Source: Escherichia coli (lineage in GTDB: Bacteria; Pseudomonadota; Gammaproteobacteria; Enterobacterales; Enterobacteriaceae). Taken from it: DNA of 64,000 nucleotides. Below are positions 43,948-56,789 of the stretch, one piece after another. The DNA is taken from assembly GCF_013122565.1 (NCBI RefSeq), contig NZ_CP053258.1; one strand, given 5' to 3'. Below the pieces are notes generated by a model. That model saw only the letters and a program-made list of their open reading frames with translations, ran no database searches and was not told the DNA's origin. Every line of letters starts with the position of its first letter. Position 1 is the stretch's first letter. Position numbers and translations under genes: made by a program.

Positions 43948-43963
43948 TCAATCAAAACTACCA

Positions 43964-45724
43964 TTAACCGCGTAATTCGTGCGCCCGACGAAAACGACCT
44001 TCGTAATCGAACACTTTTTCACGCACTTGCCAGTACTGACCTTTCATGCGGGCGACGACAAAATCCGGGTGTCGCAATAAGGCTTGCTGGGCGAGGATAT
44101 CGGCGGCGGTTATCCAGCGCAGAGGGATGCCCGGTGTGCGCGTATGCGGGCGGATAAAAAGCTGCTCGAAGGCGGTACGCTGGGCGGGCGTTTGCAGACG
44201 GAAACGCTCACTCACATCCGCGCCGTCTTCATCGTAATAGGTGATTTTCAACCATTCGCCTTTCTCGTCGTGCCCATGTTGCAAAGACATGCCGCTACAG
44301 CGTAATACCAGCGCATCTTTCAGTCGTAGCGCCGCTTTTAACATATCGTCCGGATCAACCAGTACGGTGTCACATTCGCGGCAGCGTCGGGCGGCAATAT
44401 CATTTTCTGCGTTACATTGCGGGCAATTTTTAAAACGGAAACGGAAGTCACATTGTTCGCGATGACCGTCGTCATCTTCAAACCATCCCTGACAGCGGCG
44501 ACCAAAGTGTTCAATCAATGTCCCGTCGGCGGTCGTTTTCCCCCAAAAGGTGTTGGCAAAACCGCAGGCAGGGCAGAAAACCTGTACCGGAACGTTGTCA
44601 CTTTTGCCTTTCGGTGTACCAACTTCCGGTGCGTAGAGATCGTGAGGGTTACCCGCATAATCAAGAATTAAGCAATCAGTCTTGCCGGGGGCCAGACGCA
44701 GACCGCGCCCGACAATTTGTTGGTAAAGACTCACTGATTCGGTAGGGCGCAGAATGGCGATAAGATCGACGTGCGGGGCGTCAAATCCGGTGGTCAGTAC
44801 TGCGACGTTGACAAGATAGCGAAAACGCTGGGCTTTAAAATCTTCAATTAACACATCGCGCTCAGCGCCGGGGGTGTCGCCAGTAATCAGTGCAGCATCT
44901 TCGGCGGGTAGTAATCCCACAATCTCTTTTGCGTGTTCAACGGTGGCGGCGAAAATCATCACCCCTTTGCGCGTTGCAGCAAACTCCATAATCTGGCTAA
45001 TGATGTGCGGGGTAATACGTTGTTGTTTTTTTATCTCGCGGTTGAGATCGGCTTCGCTGAACAGCCCGTTACTCTGTGCCTGCAAGCGGCTGAAATCGTA
45101 TTGCACTACTGGCATATCCAGTCGTTCTGGCGGCGTCAGATAGCCGTGTTTAATCATATAACGCAGCGGCAGCTCATAAATGCAGTCACGGAAAAGGGCT
45201 TTCTCATCGCCGCGTACCATGCCGTGATAATGGAACTGGTAGATCCAGCCTTTGCCCAGTCGAAAAGGCGTGGCAGTCAGCCCCAGCAGGCGTAAGTGGG
45301 GATTCACTTTTGTCAGGTGAGTGAGGATTTGCTGATACTGGCTCTCTTCATCGTCACCAATACGGTGACATTCATCGACAATCAACAGCGAAAATTCACC
45401 CTGAAAGGCATCAAGATTACGGGCGACCGACTGCACGCTGCCAAATACCACTTTACCGTGGCTCTCTTTGCGCTTTAGCCCGGCGGCAAAAATATCGGCT
45501 TCCAGCCCCAGCGCCTGATATTTTGCATGGTTTTGCGCCACCAGTTCTTTAACGTGTGCCAGCACCAGCACGCGACCACGAGCCAGCCGCGCAAGTTCCG
45601 CTATCACCAGGCTTTTACCTGCACCGGTGGGCAGCACGATAACGGCAGGGGTTTTATGACGACGAAAATGGTTGAGCGTGGCATCCACGGCTTCTTGCTG
45701 ATATGGGCGAAGTGTAAAAATCAT
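43964..45724 (-). CDS. radD: putative ATP-dependent helicase RadD (YejH), 586 aa
   Basis: Walker [13 protein letters not shown] box, C-terminal Zn-finger Cys pairs. Confidence 0.93.
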   Translation of the reverse strand: MIFTLRPYQQEAVDATLNHFRRHKTPAVIVLPTGAGKSLVIAELARLARGRVLVLAHVKELVAQNHAKYQALGLEADIFAAGLKRKESHGKVVFGSVQSVARNLDAFQGEFSLLIVDECHRIGDDEESQYQQILTHLTKVNPHLRLLGLTATPFRLGKGWIYQFHYHGMVRGDEKALFRDCIYELPLRYMIKHGYLTPPERLDMPVVQYDFSRLQAQSNGLFSEADLNREIKKQQRITPHIISQIMEFAATRKGVMIFAATVEHAKEIVGLLPAEDAALITGDTPGAERDVLIEDFKAQRFRYLVNVAVLTTGFDAPHVDLIAILRPTESVSLYQQIVGRGLRLAPGKTDCLILDYAGNPHDLYAPEVGTPKGKSDNVPVQVFCPACGFANTFWGKTTADGTLIEHFGRRCQGWFEDDDGHREQCDFRFRFKNCPQCNAENDIAARRCRECDTVLVDPDDMLKAALRLKDALVLRCSGMSLQHGHDEKGEWLKITYYDEDGADVSERFRLQTPAQRTAFEQLFIRPHTRTPGIPLRWITAADILAQQALLRHPDFVVARMKGQYWQVREKVFDYEGRFRRAHELRG

Positions 45725-45873
45725 GGTCTCGCGTAGGTAGATTATTCTGCTAATAGTATGCCACGGATCTTTTTCCCTTGAGGGATGTTGTTAGACCGCT
45801 ATACTGGGCAGACAACAGTTCAGATTTTCGGGTCATTACCCGACCTCCGTTTTTTACAGGCAAAATCACACAC

Positions 45874-46569
45874 ATGCGACTTGATAAATTTATCGCACAG
45901 CAACTCGGCGTTAGCCGTGCTATTGCCGGGCGTGAAATCCGCGGCAATCGTGTCACCGTCGATGGCGAAATCGTTCGTAATGCAGCGTTCAAACTGCTTC
46001 CTGAACATGATGTCGCTTACGATGGCAACCCGCTGGCGCAGCAACACGGGCCACGTTACTTCATGCTCAATAAGCCTCAGGGCTATGTTTGCTCCACGGA
46101 CGACCCTGATCACCCAACGGTGCTCTATTTTCTGGATGAACCGGTAGCCTGGAAACTGCACGCCGCAGGACGTCTGGATATCGATACCACCGGTCTGGTG
46201 CTGATGACTGATGATGGTCAGTGGTCGCACCGCATTACTTCTCCGCGCCATCATTGCGAGAAGACCTATCTGGTGACGCTGGAATCACCCGTAGCTGACG
46301 ATACGGCAGAGCAATTTGCTAAAGGCGTGCAGCTGCATAACGAAAAAGATCTCACTAAGCCGGCGGTGCTGGAAGTGATTACCCCAACGCAGGTTCGTCT
46401 GACCATCAGCGAAGGGCGTTATCATCAGGTGAAACGCATGTTCGCCGCCGTGGGTAACCATGTGGTTGAGCTGCATCGTGAACGTATTGGCGGCATTACG
46501 CTGGATGCTGATTTAGCCCCCGGTGAATATCGTCCGTTAACTGAAGAAGAAATTGCCAGCGTCGTCTAA
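45874..46569 (+). CDS. rsuA: 16S rRNA pseudouridine(516) synthase RsuA, 231 aa
   Basis: [23 protein letters not shown]4 domain; start trimmed from track ORF. Confidence 0.93.
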
Positions 46570-46596
46570 CTTTTCAATGACTTTCAGGAGCCCGTT

Positions 46597-47787
46597 GTGA
46601 CCACCCGACAGCATTCGTCGTTTGCTATTGTTTTTATCCTTGGCCTGCTGGCCATGTTGATGCCGCTGTCGATTGATATGTATCTGCCCGCGCTACCGGT
46701 AATTTCAGCGCAGTTTGGCGTACCGGCGGGCAGTACGCAGATGACCCTCAGTACTTATATTCTGGGCTTTGCGTTGGGGCAGTTAATCTACGGGCCGATG
46801 GCAGACAGCTTCGGACGTAAGCCGGTGGTTCTTGGCGGTACGCTGGTGTTTGCCGCCGCCGCGGTGGCGTGTGCGTTGGCACAAACCATCGATCAGCTGA
46901 TTGTGATGCGTTTCTTCCACGGGCTGGCGGCGGCTGCGGCCAGCGTGGTTATCAACGCCTTGATGCGTGATATCTACCCGAAAGAAGAGTTCTCGCGGAT
47001 GATGTCGTTTGTCATGCTGGTGACAACCATTGCACCGCTGATGGCACCGATAGTTGGCGGCTGGGTGCTGGTGTGGCTGAGCTGGCATTACATCTTCTGG
47101 ATCCTCGCCGTGGCGGCGATTCTGGCTTCGGCAATGATCTTCTTTCTGATCAAAGAAACCTTACCACCGGAGCGTCGCCAGCCTTTTCACATTCGTACCA
47201 CTATTGGTAACTTTGCGGCGCTGTTCCGTCATAAGCGTGTCCTGAGTTATATGCTGGCCAGCGGTTTCAGCTTTGCCGGAATGTTCTCGTTCCTGAGCGC
47301 CGGACCGTTTGTCTACATTGAAATCAACCACGTTGCACCGGAAAACTTTGGTTATTACTTTGCGCTAAACATTGTTTTTCTGTTCGTGATGACCATCTTT
47401 AACAGCCGCTTTGTTCGCCGCATTGGCGCGTTAAATATGTTCCGCTCGGGGTTGTGGATACAGTTTATTATGGCGGCGTGGATGGTCATCAGTGCGCTGC
47501 TGGGGCTGGGATTCTGGTCGCTGGTGGTTGGCGTTGCGGCGTTTGTAGGCTGCGTGTCGATGGTGTCATCCAATGCGATGGCGGTCATTCTTGATGAGTT
47601 TCCCCATATGGCGGGAACGGCATCTTCGCTGGCAGGAACCTTCCGTTTTGGCATAGGGGCAATTGTTGGCGCATTGCTTTCTCTTGCGACCTTTAACTCT
47701 GCATGGCCGATGATTTGGTCAATTGCATTCTGCGCAACCAGCTCCATTCTCTTCTGTCTGTACGCCAGTCGACCGAAAAAACGGTGA
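46597..47787 (+). CDS. bcr: MFS efflux transporter Bcr (bicyclomycin/multidrug), 396 aa
   Basis: 396-aa 12-TM ORF, GTG start, immediately after rsuA. Confidence 0.93.
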   Translation: MTTRQHSSFAIVFILGLLAMLMPLSIDMYLPALPVISAQFGVPAGSTQMTLSTYILGFALGQLIYGPMADSFGRKPVVLGGTLVFAAAAVACALAQTIDQLIVMRFFHGLAAAAASVVINALMRDIYPKEEFSRMMSFVMLVTTIAPLMAPIVGGWVLVWLSWHYIFWILAVAAILASAMIFFLIKETLPPERRQPFHIRTTIGNFAALFRHKRVLSYMLASGFSFAGMFSFLSAGPFVYIEINHVAPENFGYYFALNIVFLFVMTIFNSRFVRRIGALNMFRSGLWIQFIMAAWMVISALLGLGFWSLVVGVAAFVGCVSMVSSNAMAVILDEFPHMAGTASSLAGTFRFGIGAIVGALLSLATFNSAWPMIWSIAFCATSSILFCLYASRPKKR

Positions 47788-47799
47788 TCTATTGCACAA

Positions 47800-47827
47800 C
47801 GAGGAAGCTAAAAGGCTTCCTTTGTTG
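47800..47827 (+). terminator. intrinsic terminator after bcr (ggaagctaaaaggcttcc + tttgtt)
   Basis: hairpin plus T-rich tail. Confidence 0.7.
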
Positions 47828-48119
47828 ATGCATGTCAACCACAAATCCATCATTCCCCCGATATATGTTTATTTTATGTAAAATCAATTTATGTAAAAAG
47901 TCACATCATTGTAGTTAAAAAGGTTGAGTTAGATCGCAGAAACGGGTACATATAGCCCCGCAAACGTGACCACGCCCGCAGATATTACTTAAATCAGAGC
48001 CATAGAGGCCACGCAGGCGAGGCATCAATCTTTACGATCTGTATAAAGACGGATTGTTGATGATGTGTTAAAATTGATGTAAACAAATTGTGAAGTAAAT
48101 GTGCTTCCGGGGAAAATAA

Positions 48120-48464
48120 GTGACTTCATTACAACTCTCAATCGTCCATCGTCTACCGCAGAACTTTCGCTGGTCTGCTGGTTTCGCAGGTTCGAAGGTT
48201 GAACCGATTCCGCAAAATGGACCGTGCGGTGACAACAGCCTGGTGGCGCTTAAATTGCTTAGCCCGGATGGTGATAATGCATGGTCGGTGATGTACAAAC
48301 TAAGCCAGGCGTTAAGCGACATCGAAGTTCCATGTTCGGTGCTGGAGTGTGAAGGTGAGCCGTGCCTGTTTGTAAATCGCCAGGACGAGTTTGCTGCAAC
48401 ATGCCGATTGAAAAATTTTGGTGTGGCAATTGCCGAACCCTTTTCAAACTACAATCCTTTTTAA
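48120..48464 (+). CDS. yejG: uncharacterized protein YejG, 114 aa
   Basis: 114-aa ORF (GTG start) between bcr and yejF. Confidence 0.85.
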   Translation: MTSLQLSIVHRLPQNFRWSAGFAGSKVEPIPQNGPCGDNSLVALKLLSPDGDNAWSVMYKLSQALSDIEVPCSVLECEGEPCLFVNRQDEFAATCRLKNFGVAIAEPFSNYNPF

Positions 48465-48467
48465 GCG

Positions 48468-50057
48468 TCAGCTCAACGCCAGTAGCTGACGCGTATACTC
48501 CTGCTGCGGTGCGGCAAACACGCGCGCGCACGGTCCTTGTTCCACTACTTCCCCTTGTCGCAGTACGATAACCTGATGACATAACGCGCGGACAACGTGC
48601 AAATCGTGGCTGATAAACAAATAGGCCAGTTGATGCTTTTGTTGCAATGATTTCAATAGCGTCAATATTTGCGCCTGTACCGTTTTGTCGAGTGATGATG
48701 TCGGTTCATCAAGTATGATCAGCGAGGGCTTAAGAATTAATGCCCTGGCAATCGCAATACGTTGTCGCTGACCACCAGAGAACTCCGCCGGATAACGGTG
48801 GCGTGTTTCAGGATCTAATCCCACTTCATGCATCACGGCTATCACTTGTTGTTCGCGTTGTGCGGCAGAAAGCGTCGGCTGGTGAACCCGTAAGCCTTCC
48901 TCAATAATTTGCAAAACGTTGAGTCGTGGGTTGAGCGAGGAGTTTGGATCCTGAAATACCACCTGAATGCGATGACGAATAGGTAACAGCTGGCGGCGAT
49001 TTAAATTTTGCAGTGGCTGACCGTCAAAGATGATGCTGCCCTGAGAATTAATCAGTCGCAGCAGCGCCAGTCCCGTCGTGCTTTTCCCGGAACCGGACTC
49101 GCCCACTAAACCCAGTGTTTCACCCGCTCGTAGCGTAAAACTGATGTTTTTCACCACCACATTATGATCCACAATGCGCTTCAAAATCCCTTTGCGAATG
49201 GGGAAGGCAACCTGAAGCTGTTCAACATCCAGCAACGTTGAGGCAGGTTCTGGCAACGGCACCGGGTCGCCTGACGGTTCACTGTTGAGTAGCTTTTGTG
49301 TGTAAGGATGAGTGGGTGAGGCAAATAGCGTAGCGGCGTTATTTTGCTCGACACAGCGACCGTTTTGCATTACCGCCACGCGGTGGGCCAGTTTTCTGAC
49401 AATGCTGAGGTTATGAGTAATAAACAGCATGCCCATATTCAGCTCGCCTTGCAGTTCGCGCAACAGCTGTAAAATCTGCGCCTGGACAGAGACGTCCAGT
49501 GCGGTGGTCGGTTCATCGGCAATTAATAATTCCGGTCGCGTTAACAGCGCCATCGCAATCATCACCCGCTGGCGTTCGCCGCCGGAGAGCTGATGCGGAT
49601 AATCTGTCAGCCGTTTTGCCGCCTGGCGGATACCGACGCGATCAAGGCAGTTAAGAATTTCGCCACGAGCCGCTTCCCGACGCATCCCGCGGTGGAGTGA
49701 AAGCACTTCATAAAGCTGTTTTTCCAGGGTATGCAATGGATTTAATGACACCATCGGCTCCTGAAAAATCATGGCGATCTTATTACCGCGTACACCGCGC
49801 AACGTTTGATCGCTGGCATGAAGCAGCGATTCGCCATGAAAACGAATATCGCCGGAGAGATATTCAACCGGCGGGGAAGGGAGCAGGCGTAAAATTGACA
49901 GCGCGGTAACGCTTTTGCCTGAACCTGACTCACCCACCAGCGCCAGCGTTTCGCCAGCCTCAATCTGTAGTGAAACATCATTGACTACTGTACGTACGGT
50001 TTGCTGATGGCGAAAACCCACCGACAAATTTTCAATCGCTAACAGAGTTTGCGTCAT
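48468..50057 (-). CDS. yejF: ABC transporter ATP-binding protein YejF (double ATPase; microcin C / peptide uptake), 529 aa
   Basis: two Walker A motifs (GESGSGKS x2), start at [13 protein letters not shown]. Confidence 0.93.
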   Translation of the reverse strand: MTQTLLAIENLSVGFRHQQTVRTVVNDVSLQIEAGETLALVGESGSGKSVTALSILRLLPSPPVEYLSGDIRFHGESLLHASDQTLRGVRGNKIAMIFQEPMVSLNPLHTLEKQLYEVLSLHRGMRREAARGEILNCLDRVGIRQAAKRLTDYPHQLSGGERQRVMIAMALLTRPELLIADEPTTALDVSVQAQILQLLRELQGELNMGMLFITHNLSIVRKLAHRVAVMQNGRCVEQNNAATLFASPTHPYTQKLLNSEPSGDPVPLPEPASTLLDVEQLQVAFPIRKGILKRIVDHNVVVKNISFTLRAGETLGLVGESGSGKSTTGLALLRLINSQGSIIFDGQPLQNLNRRQLLPIRHRIQVVFQDPNSSLNPRLNVLQIIEEGLRVHQPTLSAAQREQQVIAVMHEVGLDPETRHRYPAEFSGGQRQRIAIARALILKPSLIILDEPTSSLDKTVQAQILTLLKSLQQKHQLAYLFISHDLHVVRALCHQVIVLRQGEVVEQGPCARVFAAPQQEYTRQLLALS

Positions 50058-50058
50058 G

Positions 50059-51084
50059 CTACACCGCCTTATTAGGATCAAATGCGTCGCGGACGGCTTC
50101 ACCAATAAAGATCAGCAAAGACAATAATATTGCCACCGACAAGAAGGCGGTGATCCCAAGCCACGGAGCCTGAAGGTTATTTTTCCCTTGTAACAGCAGT
50201 TCACCGAGTGACGGCGAACCGAGCGGAAGACCGAAGCCGAGGAAATCGAGCGAGGTCAGGGTGGTGATCGAACTACATAAAATAAACGGTAAAAAAGTGA
50301 GGGTAGCGACCATGGCATTTGGCAACATATGACGCAGGATGATACTGCGATCGCTGACGCCAAGCGCCTGCGCCGCGCGGATGTAGTCGAAATTACGGGT
50401 ACGTAAAAACTCCGCCCGCACCACGCCGACCAGACTCATCCAGCCAAACAAGACAGTAATTGCCAGCAGCCACCAGAAGTTAGGCTGTACGACGCTGGAA
50501 AGTAAAATAATCAAAAACAGCGTCGGCATCCCCGACCATACTTCAATAAAGCGTTGCCCCCAGAGATCGACTTTACCGCCGTAATAGCCTTGTAGCGCCC
50601 CCGCCAGCACGCCCATCACGCTGGAACAGAGAGTCAGCATCAGGCCAAACAGAACCGAGATCCGCGTGCCATAGAGAATACGTGCCAGCACATCGCCGCC
50701 GTTGGCATCCGTTCCCAGCCAGTTTTGCTGGGAAGGTGGGGAAGGGAAGGGCTTATCGGTAGCAAAGTTGATACTGGTAGCACCAAAGCGAATCGGTGCC
50801 CACAGTACCCAGCCGTTATTTTCCAGCCGTTGTTTCAGCCACGGATCCTGATAATCAGCCTGACTTGCCAGAGGGCCGCCAAAATCGCTTTCGCTGTAGT
50901 TTTTCAACAACGGGAAATACCAACTGCCGTCATAACGCACCAGCAACGGTTTATCGTTGGCGATAAGTTCAGAACACAAACTCAAACCAAACAAAACGAG
51001 GAAAATCCATAACGACCAGTAGCCGCGACGATTATGACGAAAACGCGCCCAACGGGCCTGATTGACGGGGCTGAGTCGCGACAT
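50059..51084 (-). CDS. yejE: ABC transporter permease YejE, 341 aa
   Basis: polytopic permease ORF, stop 1 nt from yejF start. Confidence 0.93.
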   Translation of the reverse strand: MSRLSPVNQARWARFRHNRRGYWSLWIFLVLFGLSLCSELIANDKPLLVRYDGSWYFPLLKNYSESDFGGPLASQADYQDPWLKQRLENNGWVLWAPIRFGATSINFATDKPFPSPPSQQNWLGTDANGGDVLARILYGTRISVLFGLMLTLCSSVMGVLAGALQGYYGGKVDLWGQRFIEVWSGMPTLFLIILLSSVVQPNFWWLLAITVLFGWMSLVGVVRAEFLRTRNFDYIRAAQALGVSDRSIILRHMLPNAMVATLTFLPFILCSSITTLTSLDFLGFGLPLGSPSLGELLLQGKNNLQAPWLGITAFLSVAILLSLLIFIGEAVRDAFDPNKAV

Positions 51085-52178
51085 TAACGTCCCTCAAAAT
51101 CTATACGCGGATCGACCAGCGTATAGCTGATATCACTGACAATATTCAGCAGCAGGCCAATCAGGGTGAAAATATACAAGGTACCAAACATTACAGGATA
51201 ATCGCGCGAGACGGTCGCTTCGTAGCCCAGTAAGCCAAGGCCATTGAGTGAAAACATCACCTCAATCAGCAGCGAGCCGGTAAAAAACATGCTGATAAAC
51301 GTCGCCGGAAAACCGGCAATCACCAGCAGCATGGCGTTGCGGAACACATGTTTCCAGAGAATATTTTTTTCACTCACCCCTTTCGCACGCGCGGTCACCA
51401 CGTATTGCTTGCGCACTTCATCAAGGAATGAGTTTTTGGTCAGCATGGTCAGCGCCGCAAAGCCACCAATCACTGTCGCCAGCACCGGCAGCGTGATATG
51501 CCACAGATAATCGGTGATTTTCTGATACCACGGCAGCGAATCAAAGTTAGCGGAAACCAGGCCGCGTAGAGGGAACAGGTCGAAATAGCTGCCGCCCGCG
51601 AAGAAGACAATCAGCAGGATGGCAAACAAAAAGGCCGGAATGGCGTAGCCGATGATGATAAATGCGCTACTCCAGACGTCAAAGCGGCTCCCATTATAAA
51701 CAGCTTTGCGAATGCCTAACGGAATCGACACCAGATAGATAATCAGCGTGCTCCACAATCCGAGGGTGATGGAAACCGGCAGACTGTCTTTAATCAGCGT
51801 CAGCACCGAGGCGCTGCGAAACAGGCTATCACCAAAATCAAAGCGGATGTAGTCCCAGAGCATTTTGAAGTAACGTTCGTGGATCGGCTTATCGAAACCG
51901 TAGCGATGAGTGATCTCAGCGATCACTTCTGGATCTAATCCGCGTCCACCACGGTAATTACTGTCGCTGATATTGCCGACACCCGTTTGCGCATGGCTGG
52001 CACGAACACCTTCACCGCCTGCGCCGGGTAATACTCCGGCATTACCAAACTCAATGGCGGCGATGGCCTGATCGACCGGACCGCCAGGCGCAATTTGCAC
52101 GATGAAAAAGTTGATAGTGATAATCGCCCATAACGTTGGGATCACCAGCAACAGACGGCGAATCAGGTAAGCGCCCAT
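51084..52178 (-). CDS. yejB: ABC transporter permease YejB, 364 aa
   Basis: polytopic permease ORF overlapping yejE start. Confidence 0.93.
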
Positions 52179-53993
52179 CTACTCTCCCTGTTGTCTGGCT
52201 GACGGCAGTTTGGCCGCTTTATTAACGTCATACCACCAGGTATCGATACCCAGGCTGTAAACAGGGCGTACAGCGGGTTGGGAGAATTTATCCCACCAGG
52301 CGAGACGGTCTTCCGCCATGTACCACATTGGCAGCATGTAATAATTCCACGTTAATACGCGATCCAGTGCTCGCCCCAACGGCAGTAATTTTTCTTTATT
52401 TCCCTGCGCGGCAATAATTTGGTTGATCAGCGAGTCGATAACCGGGCTTTGCACGCCGGGGGCATTATAAGTGGAATTGATATATTCCGATGACCAGGAA
52501 ATCTGTAAATCGGAACTGGGCCACGGCATCGCCCGCCATAGGCGCGGCATCATGTCATAGTCGCGACTGCGCATGCGGTTGGTGATTTGCGAGTTATCCA
52601 CTTTGCGAATGTCCATGTTGATACCCAGCCGTTGCAGGCTGTGCTGGAACGGCAATACCCACTGACTATTGCTGCTTGCGGGAAGCAATAATTCAAAGCT
52701 GAGCGGCTGACCCGTTGTGGCATTAACGCGTTGCTGACCCTTCAGCACCCAGCCCGCTTCGTTGAGAAGTTTGTCGGCTTTTAACAGGTTGTCACGATCG
52801 TAGCCATCGCCTTTGGATACCGGCGGCTGGTAGATTTGTGTGAAGACTTCTGGCGGTAGATCTTTTTTCATTGGTGCCAGAAGCACCAGCTCCGCGGCGT
52901 CGGGGTAATTTCTGGCCGCGTATTCGGTATTCTGAAAATAACTGTTTGTGCGACTCCAGGCATTGTAAAACAACGCCTTGTTCATCCATTCAAAGTCAAA
53001 GGCGAGAGTGATTGCTTCCCGCACCCGGCGATCGCTGAATACTGGACGTTGGATATTAAACGCCAGCCAGCGCGTATCCTGGGCTGATTCGTTCTTTTGC
53101 TCATCTTTGATGATGTATTTTTTATCGAAATTTTTACCGGTATAACGCGTGGCCCAGTTTTTAGCGTCGTTTTCCATACGCAAATCAAAGGCACCTGCTT
53201 TAAACGCTTCAAAGGCGACATTATCATCGAGGTAATAATCGTAGCGAATGGTGTCGAAATTCCAGCGTCCACGGTTTACCGGTAAGTTTGCTGCCCAGTA
53301 ATCTTTCACGCGGGAATAGACAATATTTTGCCCCATTTTCCAGGACGTGATTTGGTACGGACCACTGGCAAGCGGAGGCGTGGCGAGCGGGTCGCTAAGT
53401 TTGTGATCCTTCCAGTACTTTTCTGGAAATACCGGCAGCGAAAACAGACTCAGCATATCTTCTTTGCCGGGTTTAGCTAACTCAATGCGCACGGTTAACG
53501 GCGCAATGGCTTTGACGGTGGTGCCTTTGTAGACCAGACGAAATTGCGGCACGCCTTCGGTCATAAATTTTTGAAAAGTAAACTCTACATCGCGGGCAGT
53601 AATGGGAGAACCATCATGAAAACGGGCGCGCGGATTAATAGCGACCTCCACCCAGGAATAATCGTCAGCATAGCGTGCGCTTTCGGCAATCAGCGGGTAA
53701 TAACTGCCTGGCTCGTCATCGGAAGTCGTAAATAGCGTGTCGTACAGCTGCTCGGTGCGTGCGCCCGGGTTGCCGCGCAGTGCATAACGGTTGAAATTAT
53801 CGAAGGTGCCGAGGGCTGACAACGTTATCTGCCCCCCTTTTGGCGCGGCGGGGTTCACATAATCAAAATGGTTGAAATTAAACGCGTACCGGGGTTCGCC
53901 CAGCACGGCAAAGGCATAGCTTTCCTTGATAGCCTGCGCCTGCGCACCAAAGGTGAACAGAGCGATAAACAGCAGCAGTATGCGCACAATCAT
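52179..53993 (-). CDS. yejA: periplasmic oligopeptide-binding protein YejA, ~604 aa
   Basis: signal peptide [19 protein letters not shown], family 5 SBP length; start one Met inside track ORF (uncertain). Confidence 0.9.
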
Positions 53994-54074
53994 CTGCAAC
54001 GGATTTCCTTTTACTCATCATTAGCCGCAATCCGGCATGCTTTCACTATGAATAATAAGGGACGTAAGCACACC

Positions 54075-55631
54075 TTACCACTGCGGCGTATACGGTTTCT
54101 TCAGCCAGCGAACAAAATCGTCCAGCGGTAACGGGCGACTAATCCAGTAGCCTTGCATGAAATTAACGCCGCGTTCGCTTAGCCATCGCGCCTGTTCCGG
54201 CGTTTCGACCCCTTCAGCAACCGTCAGCATATTGAGGCGTTTCGCCAGCGTCAGCACCGCGTCAAGTACGGGGGAAGTGATCGTTTCCGTACCGATGGCG
54301 TTGATAAATCCACGGTCAATTTTCAGATAATCGAGCGTAAAACGCTCAAGATAGATAAGCGCGCTGTGCCCGGTGCCGAAGTCATCAATAGCAATTTCTA
54401 CGCCGACCGAGTGCAGCCAGGCGAAGAGTTGTGTGGCTTCTTGCTCTTTCAGCATATCGCGCTCGGTAATTTCCAGCACAATCTGGAAATGGTGTGCGGG
54501 CAGGGAAGTGAGCAGTTTCTGGATATCTGCTTTAAAGCTTTCGCTGTGCAGATGGTCCGGCGCAATGTTAATACCAAATTTGACGCCTACTGGCAGCACT
54601 TTTTCTAATTCTGCGGCATCGCGGGCAATTAACTCAAACAGGTGCTGAGTCAGCGGCACAATCATCTTTTGCGATTCGGCAAAGTTAATGAAGGCATCCG
54701 GGGGTATTTCTCCCGCGACAGGATGCCGCCAGCGTAGCAGTACTTCCAGGCCCGTTACTCGCAAAGATTGTGTATCCACCACCGGTTGATACGCCACGTA
54801 AAATTGTTCGCGCTTGATGGCGGTCATGATTTCTCTGCCGGGGCGCATACGTACGCTCATCAGGTAATAGCAGAGCAGGCCAACGACAGTTCCACTCATG
54901 CCGCCCAGTAAAAATGCGTACCACACATCGTTCCATGTCCAGTCATCTGCATAAAGCCGAACGGTCAGAGGAATGCCCGCAATTTTAGTTTCACGGACCG
55001 GCATGTCGGTTAATTCATTAACGTTCATCAAACGTGAAGAAAAGGTAGATAGCGCAGTATTGCCAATAATGAGGGCGACGCCATCGTAATCTTCCTGCCG
55101 TGAACTATAAAAGAGTGAAGGCGTCAGGTTGAGATTCAGAGCGGCAAAGACGCCGCTATTTTTCAGCAAAGGGTTGCGATACCAGATGACGATTGCGGGT
55201 TTGTTCGGCACCATCGGCGTGCCGGGTAAGATCGCCATATCGACGTTTTTATTAATGTCGAGCGCAGGAATCAATTCATTGAGTGGAATGTCCATCTCAC
55301 CGGTCGCAGATGAACAGAATGTTTTTTTATCTTTCACCAGCACAAACGTACGGACATTCATGCTAAACGCCGCGCGAGCGGTCAGTTCGGGGTTAGCCTG
55401 CTGGCAGGTATCTAAGGTCAGCGGCTGAAGCCGGTCAGTAGTGGATTTCAGGTCGGCAAAATAGGTATCGAGATACTTTTGTACGTCGGTAATCAGTGTG
55501 TCGTATTTGACTTCGTGCTTATGCCAGGCTACTAAAAACTGAAGGCAGCTCACCAGTATCGCAATCATCACGCCTGCAACAATGCAGGTAAGCAGGAGCT
55601 TACGTCCAGAATTGGGAGCGCGTATGAACAT
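54075..55631 (-). CDS. rtn: EAL-domain c-di-GMP phosphodiesterase Rtn (PdeN), 518 aa
   Basis: N-terminal TM/periplasmic domain, EAL motif region (EVLLRW), 518 aa. Confidence 0.9.
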   Translation of the reverse strand: MFIRAPNSGRKLLLTCIVAGVMIAILVSCLQFLVAWHKHEVKYDTLITDVQKYLDTYFADLKSTTDRLQPLTLDTCQQANPELTARAAFSMNVRTFVLVKDKKTFCSSATGEMDIPLNELIPALDINKNVDMAILPGTPMVPNKPAIVIWYRNPLLKNSGVFAALNLNLTPSLFYSSRQEDYDGVALIIGNTALSTFSSRLMNVNELTDMPVRETKIAGIPLTVRLYADDWTWNDVWYAFLLGGMSGTVVGLLCYYLMSVRMRPGREIMTAIKREQFYVAYQPVVDTQSLRVTGLEVLLRWRHPVAGEIPPDAFINFAESQKMIVPLTQHLFELIARDAAELEKVLPVGVKFGINIAPDHLHSESFKADIQKLLTSLPAHHFQIVLEITERDMLKEQEATQLFAWLHSVGVEIAIDDFGTGHSALIYLERFTLDYLKIDRGFINAIGTETITSPVLDAVLTLAKRLNMLTVAEGVETPEQARWLSERGVNFMQGYWISRPLPLDDFVRWLKKPYTPQW

Positions 55632-55811
55632 GATTCCGTTAATTTCCTGAAATTACGACAACATTTAAAAGATAACAATGACCGGACTATAGCCTGGATC
55701 AAGACGCGGAAACATCATTTTCTCTGATGAATGAAAACAAAAAAGCACTGCCTAAGCAGTGCTTTCAGTTAACTCGTCAGGATAGCCAAGGGATTGCATC
55801 CAAACGGTTTA

Positions 55812-56378
55812 TTAGCTGCGGCTGAGAACCCGGCGTGCTTCGTTGTAACGCTTCTTCCAGTACGGTTCATTCATGCTGGAAATAATAACACCACTGCTGG
55901 TGGAAGCATGGACAAACTGATTGTTGCCGATATAAATACCGACATGGCGTCCTGTTGAACCGGCACGGAACAGAACTAAATCACCCGTACGCAAATTACT
56001 GCGAGAAACAGATTTACCCATTTCCTGCTGTTCGTAAGTCGAACGCGGAAGTTCTAAGCCAAATTGCTCACGGAATGTACGCTGTACGAAACCAGAACAA
56101 TCGATACCTTTTTTAGTGCTGCCGCCCAGACGATAGCGTACGCCTTTCCAGTCAGCATACTGATCCATAATTCGCGATTTTACGTCGACATTACGAACCA
56201 GGTTTTCAAATTCATCCTGAGAAGCTTGCAGTGATGATGTTTCACTACCCACTGCACGTGTCTCAGGATGCATATTCTTTGCGGTGTTATTTGCACTACA
56301 TGCAGAAAGCAGAACCGCTACTGCAATCGCGGGGATCCCGCGCAAGATATATCTCAAAATCGGTTGAGATTTGACCAT
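55812..56378 (-). CDS. mepS: peptidoglycan DD-endopeptidase MepS (Spr), NlpC/P60 lipoprotein, 188 aa
   Basis: lipobox LLSAC, NlpC/P60 catalytic region (DCSGFV). Confidence 0.94.
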
Positions 56379-56789
56379 GTTGTTTGTTTTCCCTTGAAGT
56401 CCTTAACGACAAATATCGTTATAAAAAAATGCCAAGCGACACGAGACTAATTACCTGGGCATGTTGAAACAATTCCTTAAGGCCAAATCTGTGGACTAAC
56501 GCACAAAATTATATGCTGTGAGGATAATCTACCGCCGAGGCAAAACGAGTTCGAGATTACCCGATTGGTGCGGTCTTGGCGAGCGGTTTTACATGATTTT
56601 TTATAAGAAAAAGTGATACAGAAAGTTAATAAGCGGGATTGGTCAATTAAAGTACGATTGAGTGAAACGCATGCAATCCATTCATTTACTTAGAGAATGA
56701 TTTTTGCTTTCGATGGATGAAAGCACGGTGCGCATCATCAGGATTATCCTCACTATAAAAATAAACCTGATGATGTTAATTACTGTGAG

